Part shown: piece by piece, positions 27,651 to 42,183 of the stretch
Numbering within the stretch: position 1 is the stretch's first letter
How the letters are laid out: the number at the start of each line of letters is the position of its first letter
Assembly (NCBI GenBank): GCA_030141605.1
Contig: JAQGDQ010000978.1
Location: forward strand, 10,005-74,004
Source: Tubiluchus corallicola
Lineage: Eukaryota; Animalia; Priapulida
DNA: 64,000 nucleotides
Direction: 5' to 3'
Position numbers and translations under genes: made by a program
The notes under the pieces: model-generated
What the model was told of the DNA's origin: nothing
The model's database searches: none
The model's input: the letters and a program-made list of their open reading frames with translations, nothing else

Positions 27651-28328
27651 TATTCATGATGCTGGTTTTAAACCCGTTTTTTCCAAATAAATAAGAAAGC
27701 ATAAGCAAAGAAATAACAGAAAATAAGTAGGTCAGCTAAGTAAGTAACCCATTAAAGAAGTGACCAAGAAATTGAAAAAGTAAGAAAAGAAGAAAAATGG
27801 TGAAAATAACAAAGAGGAAAAAGAGAAAGGAGACAGAGAGGTGAAAAGCTCCAGTTGTGATAAAATGAGAGAATGAACAAAAGTGACACCGATGATGTTG
27901 ATCATGGGAATGAACTCATTTGTTAAGTCCACACAAGGGACTCATAAAATTGCTAAATGAAATATTTGCCATGTGACGAATTCTCCAAAACGTGGCAGTT
28001 GATTTTACAACATGTTGTTGCGTTACCATGTAATATCTCCTCGAACTACATTTAATGAAAAATCTACGATTCTATTCCCCAGGTTATCAGCAAATATAAC
28101 TCTTTGAACACGGCCTGCAATTGCGTTCAGCTAATGGTAATTATTGAACAATATAAAAATCGCCGGCAAGAAGCAGTTCATTAAAATTTAATAACAACAG
28201 CGGAATTTGGAGAAAAACTATTACTTTAGCCACAGGGGAGGGATGGAGCGGAAAGCCATTATAGTTTAATTAGAGTTCCTAGGCTAGAACTGAAGAATGG
28301 AAAGTCATCTCTAAGAGCTAATGTGTTT

Positions 28329-29128
<800 letters not shown>

Positions 29129-30860
29129 TTCTTTCTTCGCCTGTCTTTATGACTTTTCGCGCCGCGCGATCCATACGACACAATTTTGAAAGCTTTTAAG
29201 TAATCTGAGAATGGTGAATAAACGTTGTGACTCGTTCAAAATCTCTTGGCTGCGTGTGTAGGCCATGATTTTGCCTCTCTGTGTAACGTATGTTTGTTAA
29301 AGAGATTCATTTTATTAGTTTGCTATTATATGCTTGTGTTCTGTATAGGCATACGTATAAAATGGCTAAGAAAGTCGGCCAAATTAGATGCCTCAATAAC
29401 AAAGGGTTATAAAGACAAAGAAAACTGAAAAGTGGCGATTCTAACTGACCAATGTCCACGTTTCGTTTTGTACATAATTTCATATACATATTAGATATAT
29501 AGTAATACATATTAGAAATGTCACTAATTATCATTGGTACTGGCGGTGTTGGAGCGTTAAAGGAATCTTTATTTCCGGTCGTCCGTTTTCCAGAAATCAG
29601 CAGTGGGTGAAATCCTTGGATTTGGATCCGGCCTGAATAAATTCCCTCAAAACTAGCGCACCGTTGAAAGACTGACCCGGATAGCGGCTCAACTCTTTGT
29701 GCACGAAAATTGCGAGCGATCGGTTTAGCATCTTTTAAGTCATTGCTTTGTCCAGCTCAAGGCCAGTAATTTGACGGACTGTTTGTCCAAAACGCTGCAT
29801 CAGCCGGGGGCACATCCACATTAAAGAAAAGAGACGGTTTACTCTCAGTATTTTTCATTAATTTTATTAGTAAATTTGCTACGTTTTCCAAAAAAACAAA
29901 AACAAAATACGCTGAGAACCTGCAAAGGCAATAGAAGTGTCAAGTGTCCTCCATTATCACGCATCTGGTCGATGTAAAACTGCAATGCGTGGATCCGCCA
30001 CCAACTGCAATGCGTGGATCTGCCACTCACTGCAGTGCGTGGATCTGCCACCAAAAACATGTTTGCCCAAAAGCCTATTTTAACACTTGCAACACAACAC
30101 AAACAGGCGTGCGCTAGTTTTGCCTCGGTCGTAAATAATCCGGCCGTCCCAGCAATCTGACCAGCGTCCAGCGTGCTGACCAACATGCTGCAGGCAGATG
30201 ATGGAAGAGAGAAGATGCTGTGGAAATATTAGTCGCATTAGTGAATTTCTGGAGCTTAGCGAACATGCTTAAACGCACGAAACGTTTTCCATACTTACGT
30301 AAACTTGGTAAAATGCTGGAGAGTCCACAAAATTTGTATGAAAATTGAAAGACGACAGATTAAGATAGCCTAAAAACATGAACCTGTTTCAATCAGATAG
30401 GATTTTGAGAGAGAAAAATGTATGTAATTATGATCATATTATGAAAAGGACCACCGGTCAAATGGTGGACTGAGGACCACTGGTCAAAAGCCTTCCGTGG
30501 AAATGCTGACAGCAACTTGAGCGAATCTGCAACTTTTAATCACGGTTAATATTCTATTTCGTAAAGAATGGTTGATAATTTTTGGCGATAATAATATTAT
30601 AATAATAATCTATTTTGCTATTAATGTACACAAACTGTACTATGCAAGACACATATGCATAAAATATATTTAAATAATTTTAATATTTCAATGATTTTAA
30701 ATAAAAATCATTTATAATAATGATTGATAAATGTCTTATATGATTTTATTCCATTTTTATTTAAAATTAATTTCGTACATTAAAAAAAGTCCAAAAAGTT
30801 GAAACACTCAGCTGTAAACAAGACTAACAAATAAGAGATACACCAGATCAACAGATGAAA

Positions 30861-31216
30861 AAGTAACTAGATGCTTTAAAAAGTGTGACGCCATGTTTAT
30901 AGGTAACGTACTCTAATTCTCAATGTCATTGAAGGCAGGTACAGCCACCCTATAACCGAGGTGTAACACGTGGTTCTGGGGTTCTATAGTGTTAGATAAT
31001 TTTACTACTAGAATCCTGAAGTCGGGGTAAGACTTTGTAAAGTAACTAGATACTTTAAAAAGTGTGACGCCATGTTTATAGGCAACGTACTCTAATTCTC
31101 AATGTCATGGAAGGCAGGTACAGCCACCCTATAAACGAGGTGTAACACGTGGTTCTGGGGTTCTATAGTGTTAGATAATTTTACTACTAGAATCATGGAG
31201 TCGGGGTAAGGCTTTA
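30861..31216. repeat. ~178-bp direct tandem duplication
   Basis: AAGTAACTAGAT...AAGTGTGACGCCATG...GTCGGGGTAAGRCTTT occurs twice with few substitutions. Confidence 0.92.
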
Positions 31217-31676
31217 TTGTTTCATACGGGAGCACGCGAAACCCGAGCCTAGGAGTTGTTTTTATTGAGTTGGCTTGAGGAGTAGAGGTTTTTCGGGAGT
31301 TATTAATATGAAAACATCGTTTGTAACAGATACTGACTGCTTAATTAACTGACTAATTGTCGTAGATGGTTTTTCGTCGGTTTGATATTATTCAAACTGC
31401 AGCTCGCTTCGGATATCTGAACAGAAGACAAGTCATTACGTTTGTCGTAACAGGGAAATGTTTTAATGAGGACAAGAAATGCTTGATCTCAATTAGCATA
31501 TATCAGTGACAGTTTCTGAAGTAATGTAGCTACACAATTGCAATCAAAATTTCACACAGGTGTGCCGTTCTTGTTATAAAAACAAACTTAGCCGTGTACT
31601 GTAGATGTCTTTCTCGTTGGGGTAACACATTGGCTTTAACCGACTACTGCTTGTTGCCCAATGTTAATACAATTAA

Positions 31677-32094
31677 CCCTTTCAGTCCCAAATTATTTTT
31701 TTAATAAGAAAACATTTTTTGGCTTGGTACTTTTGTTCAGTATGTCTATCTTGTTTACACATAATAATTATTTTTTTCTACCTGTGCCCGTGTGCTAATG
31801 GTTGGTAAACATGATAAAAAGCAAATGCTCATAATTTTTTAAAGTATTTAAGACATTTAGTAAGTGTGCTATGCTGATCTGTACAAAGTCGTCTCTAAAG
31901 TACTGTACCTTATACAGTTTTTTGTGCTATGTAGATTTTTTAGTTTGCCATTTTATCACTATTTTAGTCTATTGTAATTGGCATAAATCAAAATAACTAT
32001 TAACAGATCAAATAACTCTCAGTTTTAAAATTTTATTAATTTTAAAGGCAGAGGATATTCTCGTATCCCATGGGATACAATGGGTATGAAAGGG
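31677..32094. mobile_element. piggyBac-type MITE
   Basis: TTAA|CCCTTTCAGTCCC ... GGGTATGAAAGGG|TTAA. Homologous copies at 41161-41618 and 34127-34308. Confidence 0.9.
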
Positions 32095-33027
32095 TTAATG
32101 ATAAAGACTTGGTTATCTTCCTTGACGTCACTATTTTAGTATGAGTATTTCTTTGTTACAAGTGCATAAAAATAGTCATTATTGACCTTATAAAATAGTT
32201 TAAAAAATGAACATGACAAAATAAATAATGTGGAAGTTACAATTTCTGTAAAAAATACTAATACTGTCACAGCAGAGAGCAAAAGAGTGTGAAATGATTT
32301 TTTGCTGATCTTTTGTGTTGTCTTGTGCTTTATGTTGTCCTTTGTCTGACGCTTCTTTAGCCAATAATTCTTTGAGTGGTGGTACTCTGTCTGGTGCTCC
32401 TATGCCCGGTGGTCCTTTGACTGAGACCTTTGACCTACGTCCTATCGTACGTGGGCAATTTATAGTATTAAAGTGGCTATAGTGAAGCTTTCAACTGCTT
32501 TTATTACGCACAATCTGATATTTTTCTTATTTAAATATAGCCACCTTAACATATTTATTGTATTGTTAACAAGTTGTGTTGTTGTCTACCAGTGAATTTT
32601 GTCTGTGAAATTAGTTTGTGTGATCTTATTTTAAGAGGTTACAGATTAATTTGAGAACTATTGAGTCTGTGTCTTTGTTTTTAGTTCTTTCTAGTACATT
32701 GTACAGGAAATCACAGTGTGTGCTTTGTGACTAAAGTTAAGGAATGCCGAGCCTGGTCAGTAAGTAGATGTGTGACCATCAAGAAAGCTATTTTGAACAG
32801 TTTGCCCTGTCTCTAACTGTTTCTCTCGTTGACGGAGGACATAAAAATCTCCGTCAATTTAGTGTTTCAACTTGGAGGTTATTCTTCGCAATGAGCGAAG
32901 TTTTGGTCCCGCCACACCGTGAACATCAACTAGGCTGTGACACTAAATACTGGTATGTAGAGTGCCGACTTGTATAAGAATGTCTAGTGGCTTATAGTAT
33001 AAATATCTGAATCTGAAAAATCATGTA

Positions 33028-33100
33028 CCTCAGTGGTGTAACTGTAAGTATAGCTCCCCGGAAAGTAGAAAGTATTGGGTTCGAGTCTCAGTGGAGTGGT
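33028..33100 (+). mobile_element. Degenerate tRNA-derived SINE head
   Basis: A-box-like TGGTGTAACTG and B-box GGTTCGAGTCT; no intact cloverleaf. Confidence 0.4.
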
Positions 33101-33293
33101 AAACCTTTTCAGAACTGAAATTTATTATTGCTTTCGCGCATACATATAATTACATGAGACAATAAAAGCACTTCTATCCCTGCACCCTTTCTCTTTGTTT
33201 TTTTTGGGGGGGGTTATATTTTTGCGTCTTTATTTTTGGTTTAACGTCTTCAAAAAAATCTTGTTCGTGTAAGTATAACCTGGGTGCATTATA

Positions 33294-33567
33294 CAAGGTG
33301 TTCCGAAAGAAACAGTGCAGTAAAGATATGACAAATGTGGCAAAATTAATCAGCTCTTAATTAAATGTAAAATACAGTGATTTTGCAACGAAGCAAAAAT
33401 AATATTCGTCATTGTAACATTTTTAATAATTATATAATTTTTTATAATAATAGTTTATTCGTCATTATTCAAATTTTTCCATAAAAAACTTGATATGACC
33501 ACAGTGATGGTTGGGCTTTGCATTGTGTAAATCTTTTGTTAGTTTGCCGTTTTTTTGGAACGCCCTG
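33294..33567. mobile_element. Tc1/mariner-type MITE
   Basis: TA|CAAGGTGTTCCGAAA ... TTTTGGAACGCCCTG|TA. Confidence 0.75.
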
Positions 33568-34126
33568 TATTACATCTGCAGCACGGAACCTTTACTCTAC
33601 TCAAACCCCCAACCCATATTCCTTCCTATAAGAAATTCAAATCCGCAGCTCTTATCAACAATTGGACATTCGCTTATGAAAGAGTTAGCATGACCTACAT
33701 CTTCCTTAACCCATTTCCAGACTTAATTGAAAACATCGTTCAGCAGCCGAATGGAGAAAACCAAGATGAGGCGTATCCATGGCGACCGTGATTCCCAGGG
33801 CATCAGTTTTACTAGTTTTAATTAAATTAATTTGTCGCGTACAGCGCGCGGTATATGGCTACTGCAAATGCACGAAAACGACGCGTCGACTTTTTTCCGG
33901 TTTTTTCCGACGCTTTGTTCCGGGAATTTGGAATTGAAATAATTCGACGGTGATGATGGTACTGGATGCTGAGAGCATTCGATGATTACTTCTCCGTATT
34001 ACGTCTGCATTGTGTCCAAGATAACGGTGACCTTATTTGACTATACTCTGACGAAAAGCTCATATTTAGTAAAACTGCCAACTTTCAGTCATAATGCAGA
34101 CTTATTGTGAACTGCTCTTAATTTAA

Positions 34127-34308
34127 CCCTTTCATACCCGTTGTATCCCATGGGATACGAGAATATTTTCTGCCTTTAAAATTAATAAAATTTTAAAACT
34201 GACAGCTATTTGATCTGTCAATAGTCATTTGGATTTAAGCCAATAACAATAGACTAAAAATAGTGATAAAATGGCAAACTAAAAAATCTACATAGCACAA
34301 AAAACTGC
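34127..34308. mobile_element. Truncated, inverted copy of the piggyBac MITE
   Basis: TTAA|CCCTTTCATACCCG... is the reverse complement of the right half of 31677-32094. It is cut off at a (GA)n tract. Confidence 0.85.
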
Positions 34309-34310
34309 GC

Positions 34311-34567
<257 letters not shown>

Positions 34568-35118
34568 ACTTGCTAAACTTTATTTTTATTCTGATGACTT
34601 TGTAACAGTTTTTTGTGCCTTGGTAAGTAAATGTCCTAATGGTGCTAATTATATCTTTTAGCTTAATTTTCGGCTTTGAAAATGCTAGTGTTAACAGCGA
34701 CTTTTCTCAATTAGTGATTAAACACATGGATCAGTTGACAGTTTACTGGTTGCCCCTCAACCATTTGGTGTGGTGTTGACTAAAAAGTTAGCGATGGCGG
34801 ATACATTGTAAACGCCCTCACCTCGGCAATGTTGTGACTCCTTGTAGATTAGTGAACCAATATTTAAAGAGGGTGTTTTTGCTCCTGATATAGAACTCTA
34901 TCAAACTTACAAAGGATGCGAAAAGATGATTATATTTTATTTAAAAACATCTAGCCATTATTAGCGTACGTAATCTCTCTGAACCAGGCAAAAAACATTG
35001 TTCTAAAAATCCTCAAGCTAAGTGAAATCATGTTCATATAAATATAAATGTTCATATGAATATAAACAGTATTTCCTAAAGTTTCTTGGTTACTACCGGT
35101 TCGTTGGACTCTCCTGCA

Positions 35119-35279
35119 TCACTCACATCCGAACTCTTTTAGGCTTAAGTCCTTGACGAGACGTCCTTTTTGTGCAGAAGGTTTGGAACATGTTCCTCTG
35201 AGATTCATGAATGGGGAGACTGGATCCCACCAGACTTCTCTTATCCAACGCATCGGACAGCTACAATCCAGTGGATTAC
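35119..35279 (-). CDS. Exon 2 of the secreted LRR protein: LRRCT cap
   Basis: Acceptor TTTTTGATAG. The phase-1 join gives GNPLDCSCPMRWIREVWWDPVSPFMNLRGTCSKPSAQKGRLVKDLSLKEFGCE-stop, a canonical NPxxCxC...W...C..P...C LRRCT. This exon is absent from the ORF track. Confidence 0.9.
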
Positions 35280-35673
35280 CTATCAAAAAGCATCCATTTA
35301 GCTCTCATTTTAGGCAAATATAACTTCGGTCCATGCAGAGTAATATCTGGCATATTATATGGTATTAAAATTCAACATTTTGATCAAAATTCAACAAAAC
35401 CTACAGCCTTACTAAATGAGAATCATTGCATGATAAAAGACAAAAAACAATTATACCATTGTAATGGTGGTATTTTCCGCGTGAGAGTAAGCCTCTTGTA
35501 CTTGTAAATTTGTGCATCAGCACTGGATGTCTTTTGAAGCATTTAGACTTACGTACAAACGTTCAAAACATGCTTACAATTTCAATGGGGTGTACAACAG
35601 CATTTTTACAAGAAAATCAATCAAAATAAATCTGAAAGTTAAGCTGCTAAATACATTGTAACAAGTATCTAAC

Positions 35674-36292
35674 CTTGTAGATAAAATGTCCCCGTTTTTT
35701 CCAGTGCTTTTGGATGCTGACTCAACTTGAATGTAGACAAGTTGTCTCCTACCATATAGATGGTCGTCAGCAGCGGCTGCTTTTCCAGGTTCAGATCGCG
35801 CAGCTTCAGTTTCTGATTCCAGCTGAGATTCAGTGTCTTCAGTTTTCTCAGGTTAGTAAACGACTTGCGATGAATCTTTGTCAGTTCTGGGTTCATGACA
35901 ATCGAGACAGCCTGAACGTCCTTCACCGTACCGAAGACTTGTTTCTGCAGGATGGTCAGCCGCTCGTTGTTCATGACCAAGACGTTGGAGACATTTTTAG
36001 ACGAAAGGAAACCTCTCGGCAACTCTCTTCCTTTATATTTACGTATCCATAACTCGTAGATTGGTTTGTCCATCTTGGACATAGACGTCTTTAACTCGTC
36101 TGCAGTTAGTTGTTCGCAGATGACTTCTGTACAAGTCGTGGCGAGGTGGCTCTTCATCCAGCAGGAACAAAAGCCAACGTCTTCGGGACATGTCTGATAT
36201 CCGGGACATTGGACCTGTATATTGCCAGCTTGGCAACAAAAGAAACAGAAACAAATAGACACAAATAAAAGAATGAAACTCGATTCGTCCAT
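35674..36292 (-). CDS. Exon 1 of a 259-aa secreted leucine-rich-repeat protein (signal peptide, Cys-rich N-cap, LRRs)
   Basis: Hydrophobic N-terminus, CP...CSC N-cap and LRR motifs (FTNLRKLKTLNLSWNQKL). Donor CAAG|GTTAGA. Confidence 0.9.
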
Positions 36293-36465
36293 GGCCGTCG
36301 CTTCCTGAGATAATGCTGGCGGATATCATAATGTACTAATTCAGTATAGTATCTCCGAGGGATTGAAACACAGGAAGCGGAAATAGATTATTTCAAAATT
36401 CCGAGTCTTCAGTTCAGAATCTACAAGTTAGGTGCGTGTGCCACTTGTTATGTTGAGGAATATTC

Positions 36466-36468
<3 letters not shown>

Positions 36469-36532
<64 letters not shown>

Positions 36533-36579
36533 GCGCACGCACGCACGCACGCACGCACGCACACACAACACTCACACAC

Positions 36580-36656
<77 letters not shown>
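36469..36656. repeat. Compound (CA)n/(CGCA)n/(TA)n microsatellite just upstream of the LRR gene
   Basis: Directly visible. Confidence 0.95.
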
Positions 36657-36661
<5 letters not shown>

Positions 36662-38311
36662 GAACTACATGTATATATATTTACACTAACTATGTATACA
36701 CATGCACATATTATTTTATATAGACATCTATATAGATATCTATACCTGTGTACTGACATAAACTATTGTATTTGTTAAACATATACACAGTTAGTCAATT
36801 ATTTAAATATATAAGCAAAATAATCAAGTGCATTTATTTCAGTTTGTTTAAAAGACGTTAGCACTATAGTCCTAAGGACTATATCTATCACATAGTATAT
36901 ATACGTATATTACATCAAAATCATGCAATTACACTAAGAGAAAGTCGCTACGTTTTGACACAACGCACATTGTCAGTATTAAAAATTACTAACAGTACTG
37001 ACGGAAGTTATAGGCTATACTTCCGGGTGCAGGTCAAACAACAATCAGTTAAAGGACCACCAGTCAAAGGGCCACAGGTCAAACCGCTCACCAAGTCACC
37101 AGCTACCACACAACCACGCTAACAATTTGTAGGCGATGCGTCTTGATGAACTATCGCGTTTGTTCACTCTTCTAGGCAAAATACTTATTCAACGATAATA
37201 CACAGCAAATTTTTTGTATATTTTTTGTATACTCCACAACTTCTTAATTTTCCTGTGTCATTTTTAAACTGCATTTTTTGCCTAGCCCATTTTTTCTGCG
37301 CCATTTTGGTACATCAGATATTCGAATTTGTCGTTACTGTATTTCATTATTAATTTTTGTTTTATAAAGTATATTTTTTAAACTTATGTATCAAGTGTAC
37401 TTTTTCGTACTTTTGTAAAAAGTGTACTTTTTTAAGAGTTTATTTTTTAATTCTTTACTGAGTGCATAGCGGCCATTTTGTAACTAAAAAAGAATGCTGT
37501 CAAGTACTGGGGTTTGCTCAGAAAAAAAAGACCTCTAAATCAATAGACCTCTTCTTGGGTTTTCCTAGGTGCCTTTCTATTTTATGTAGGTACTTTGTGG
37601 CATTTTTTCCATTTGGCAGAAATTTCAAACAGCTATGATTCTCAACTGCTAGGGACAGTGACATTACCGCAGGCGTGAAATCACCACAATCGAATCTACG
37701 AACCTTTTCTCTAGTAATAGGAAATATCCATAGTCACCGGGCGGATCTTACAAACGTAAAACAATGGCGGTGGGTGGTGAAGAATTGAAATAACAAGCCC
37801 GGCTGTTTGCCAACAGAAAAAACAACTTAAATTCACTTGTGGGAAAACTTGGCTTGTCCTTTTACGTTTTCATAAGCTAATTACTTGCTGAAAGAATCAT
37901 TTTAACAGCATCAGTGACTAGATCTGCCCCTTCGCTGTTATTAGCTTTAGCTCAAATAAGCCCAGTACGTAATTATTTGCCTGCTATTTTCTAGTCCTAG
38001 ATTTTCTCTAGGCAAAATGTCAACGTTGCGCAATTGGAGATAAGGAGAGCTTTGCACTCCAACCTGTTTTATGTTCTGCTTTTCTGAAACTTCCTTTGTT
38101 TTATCTACAAGAAACTGTTTCTGGTATTGTCCCCGGCCATTGCACTGGGTAATAATTGGCTGGTAGTGTGTTGCGTTTAATTCCCCCTCTTTCAAGTGGT
38201 AATGTAGTTTTTTCCAAAAAGTATTAGTACACGTAATTGTTATTTACTTAATAATAAAAATATTAAATTGTAAGTATTATAACTTTATGTCGCGGGTCAG
38301 TCTATTTATAG

Positions 38312-38843
38312 GTTTTACACGTCAAATGTAGACACAGGAAAGTTCAAATGTGACTTAGGTAAGTCAAATGTAGACATAGAAAGTTCAAATATGACTTAGG
38401 TAAGTCAAATGTAGACATAGGAATTTCGAATGTGTTTTGGTAACTCAAATGTGACTTAGGTAAGTCAAATGTAGATGCATTACTTTGAATAAATCGGTAA
38501 TGAAGTTATTTAAGCGCAAATTAGAAAAAGATAAACCAAAGATAGTGCATCTCTTAGTAGGCCTATAACGTTATTTTAACTTAGGAGCAATTATTAAATT
38601 GAAATTAAAAAAAGATTAAATTTAACATCCTTAAACTTTGCCACCTATCCACATTTGAGATACCAATGTCACATTTGACTTAAAATGTATCTACATTTGA
38701 CTTACCAAAAGCGCTTAAGATTTCTTGAAAACCATTGTTAACACATTTGAGCTACCTAAGTCTACATTTGAGCTACCAAGACACATTTGAATTACCTAAA
38801 TCTACATTTGAGTTAACGCAGGTCTACATTTGACATGTAAAAC
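38312..38843. mobile_element. Foldback-like MITE with arrays of TCAAATGT subterminal repeats
   Basis: 22-bp TIR GTTTTACACGTCAAATGTAGAC / GTCTACATTTGACATGTAAAAC (1 mismatch). The left arm repeats TCAAATGT and the right arm repeats ACATTTGA. Confidence 0.8.
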
Positions 38844-39241
38844 TATAACACACGTAATTGTTATTTACTTAATAATAAAAATATTAAGTTGTAGGTATTA
38901 TAAATTTGTGTCGCGGGTCAGTCTATTTAGAACGTCAGTATACTCTGCTTGCACTGTTTCTATCAGTTATTCTAAATAAGATGTCTATATGAATAAGTAT
39001 GCCATTGATTGTGCACTAAAATTTACAAATTTGAAAATAAATAAAATGACAATGAGCAAAAAATGAGGAACCTTCCTATCATAAAAAGAGGTGCAGACAA
39101 ACACCCTGGCCAAGGAAGACTTAATAAGGGGAAAACTGGTTAGCATAAATAGCTATTACCTGAAGAAATATTATGTCAAAATTGAAAATTCCTACAGTGT
39201 ACTGGGTGCACATTTTCTCAGTTAACTCAGCCTGTTCCCTT

Positions 39242-39460
39242 TAGGTTCACGTAGATCCACGTTGAAAACTTGTAGCCATGACGTGTAGGTTCTCGTAGAT
39301 CCACGTTGAAAACTTGTAGCCATGACGTGTAGGTTCTCGTAGATCCACGTTGAAAACCTGTAGCCATGACGTGTAGGTTCTCGTAGATCCACGTTGAAAA
39401 CCTGTAGCCATGACGTTTAGGTTCTCGTAGATCCACGTTGAAAACCTGCAGCCATGACGT
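39242..39460. repeat. 44-bp minisatellite, about 5 copies
   Basis: Unit GTAGATCCACGTTGAAAACYTGTAGCCATGACGTGTAGGTTCTC. Confidence 0.95.
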
Positions 39461-39523
39461 TCAGCCGTGTTTCCTAATTCACAGATTTTTGTGCCTGGAG
39501 GTTTTTTGTTGTACTACCCCTTT

Positions 39524-40028
39524 TACTACCAGTACCACTACCACTACGTACACTACCACTACCACTACGTACACTACCACTACCAGTACCACTACGTACA
39601 CTACCACTACGTACACTACCACTACGTACACTACCACTACCACTACGTACACTACCACTACGTACACTACCACTACGTACACTACCACTACGTACACTAC
39701 CACTACGTACACTACCACTACCACTACGTACACTACCACTACGTACACTACCACTACGTACACTACCACTACCACTACGTACACTACCACTACGTACACT
39801 ACCACTACGTACACTACCACTACCACTACGTACACTACCACTATCACTACGTACACTACCACTACGTACACTACCACTACCACTACCACTACGTACACTA
39901 CCACTACGTACACTACCACTACCACTACGTACACTACCACTACGTACACTACCACTACCACTACGTACACTACCACTACGTACACTACCACTACGTACAC
40001 TACCACTACCACTACGTACAATACTACA
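39524..40028. repeat. Compound microsatellite of CACTAC and GTA modules (15/21-bp units)
   Basis: (CACTAC)2-4 GTA, repeated. Confidence 0.95.
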
Positions 40029-41160
40029 ATTATGATTTATTTGAGCAGGGTCTGGGAAATTGACTTCCTGCTTGCTGACCAAATTTTCCTTACTACATTT
40101 TCCTCCACCTGCTCGTCTGTAGAAAAATGATTGATAAAGATTCCCTATGGTCATACATCCCTGGGTCTATTCTACAGACTCTTTACCTCGAATATCATGT
40201 GCGTGATGTGAAGCGAGAAAGGAGAAACGAGATTTCGACGCGCTCTTTGCTGCTGCTGCTGCTGATAATAATAATAGTAATGACGACAATAATGACAGTG
40301 ATTGCAGCAGTGATGATGATGATGACGTTGATGTTGATGTTAATGTTGATGTTGACGTTGATGTTGATGTTGATAATGGTGATGGTGATGATGGGATGAT
40401 GACATTAATATAGTTCTTCAATGTTTCATTATGAGTGTTTCATTCGCGAAATTTGGTTATGAATGCAAATGCTAAAAGTCTTGAAGTCCTGATGTGGCTT
40501 GAAATGTTGTTTGAAGCTGTTACAAGTATGATATCTGCTTTTCTTTAACACTCTTCTCTATTCGGCCTGTTGCTTGGCTAACTACCTGATTTTGCTGCGT
40601 CCATTGTTACGGTTGTCGTCATCACTGTCCAGCCACCGCTAGCTTTGCAGCTGCGATTGAACTACTGATTCTGTTGCGCACGTTGCAGTCATGATATTGT
40701 TGCAGCTACTGTTATTGTTGTTGATGTTGATGATGGTGATTCTTCTGTAATTACTCTTCCCAAGACTGTTGATGCTATTGTTGCTAGTAATGCCATACCT
40801 GTAACTAGTATTGTTACGGAATAAAATGGCTGATTCTGTTACTGTTGCAGTCATTATTATCGTCGCTGTCGTCGCTATTATTTATTTGTAAAACAAAATA
40901 CTAAAATTCGTGAAATTTGAAATTGGTAATAAACGAATTTATATCGCAGAGTTGTTTGAAAAAACAATTTATCAGTCACTGATAGTGTTGAAAAGTGCAA
41001 AGCGAAAGTTCTGAAGCCTCTTTTTTGGACGAAACCAGGTAAAAAGTCAAAGGTAAAAAGTGGAATGTTAAAAAAGTCACACAAAAAAGTCACAGGAAAA
41101 AAGAAATAACCTTAATCCTAATCCTACCATAACCCTAACACCAACTATTGCCAAAATTAA

Positions 41161-41618
41161 CCCTTTCAGTCCCAAATTATTTTTTAAGAAGAAAAAATTT
41201 TTTGGCCTGGTACTTTTGTTCAGTATGTCCATCTTGTTTACACATAATAATTATTTTTTCTACCTGTGCCCGCGTGCTAAATATAGCCTCTATCCCACGG
41301 GATACTTTGGGATTCAATGGAAGCATAAAATGTGCTTCATTTTGCAACTGTTGATAATTTTTTAAAGTATTTAAGACATTTAGTATGCATGCTATGCTCA
41401 TCTGTACAAAGTCATCTCTAAAGTACTGTACCTTGCACAGTTTTTTATGCAATGTAGATTTTCTAGTTTGCCATTTTATCACCATTTTAAGTCTATTGTT
41501 ATTGGCTTAAATCAAAATAACTATTAACAGATCAAATAACTGTCAGTTTTAAAATTTTATTAATCTTAAAGGCAAAAAATATTCTTGTATCCCACGTGAT
41601 GCAACGGGTATGAAAGGG
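41161..41618. mobile_element. piggyBac-type MITE nested in another small element
   Basis: TTAA|CCCTTTCAGTCCC ... GGGTATGAAAGGG|TTAA. The flanks carry AAAAAGTCAC repeats on the left and TTTTTCCTGTGACTTT on the right. Confidence 0.9.
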
Positions 41619-42144
41619 TTAATTGGAACTTTTTCCTGTGACTTTATTACCAGTCAGCTTCTGGACACCCTTTTTTCTGGGCATCCGCTATGAAGCTGCC
41701 AGTTCTAATAAATCACGTGACGGGTACAAATTAACAGCAGGGAAGAAGTCCTGCAATGAAAGCAGTTATTCTGCCTTGTATTCAGCACATTTTATTATAA
41801 GGTCACGTGTATTGACGACTGAAGCTAAAAGCCACGATCAACCCATTCATCTTCTGGACAGAGGAAAATTGCAGCTCATAACAGCCTGCAGGGAAATGAA
41901 CTGTATTGATTGCGCAATAGAATGGCCATTACTCATAGCATCATAAACGGGCAGACGGACATGGGTCAGGCAGATGAGGGGTGGGGGGCAAGAACGGTCA
42001 CGAACAAACTCTTCTGATTACAGGGAATCAAAGCAACTTTTTCTGAGAACACAGCAGTAGAAAAAGAGGCGTAGTTACTATAAACAAGCATTGAGTTTTA
42101 ATACACATTAATGGGAACACATATTTTAACATTCAAAGATTGAC

Positions 42145-42145
42145 A

Positions 42146-42183
<38 letters not shown>

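Noticed and set aside
29530-29830. GC-richer stretch resembling a decayed THAP or transposase fragment
   Set aside because: Stops interrupt the frames examined and no complete motif could be read.
39438-40154. Mucin-like Thr/Tyr or His/Tyr-rich ORFs
   Set aside because: A stop-free microsatellite open in four frames, with no signal peptide or convincing splice context.
41108-41140. Telomere-like CCTAA / TAACCCTAA motifs
   Set aside because: Only a few degenerate units, inside a small transposon-like element.
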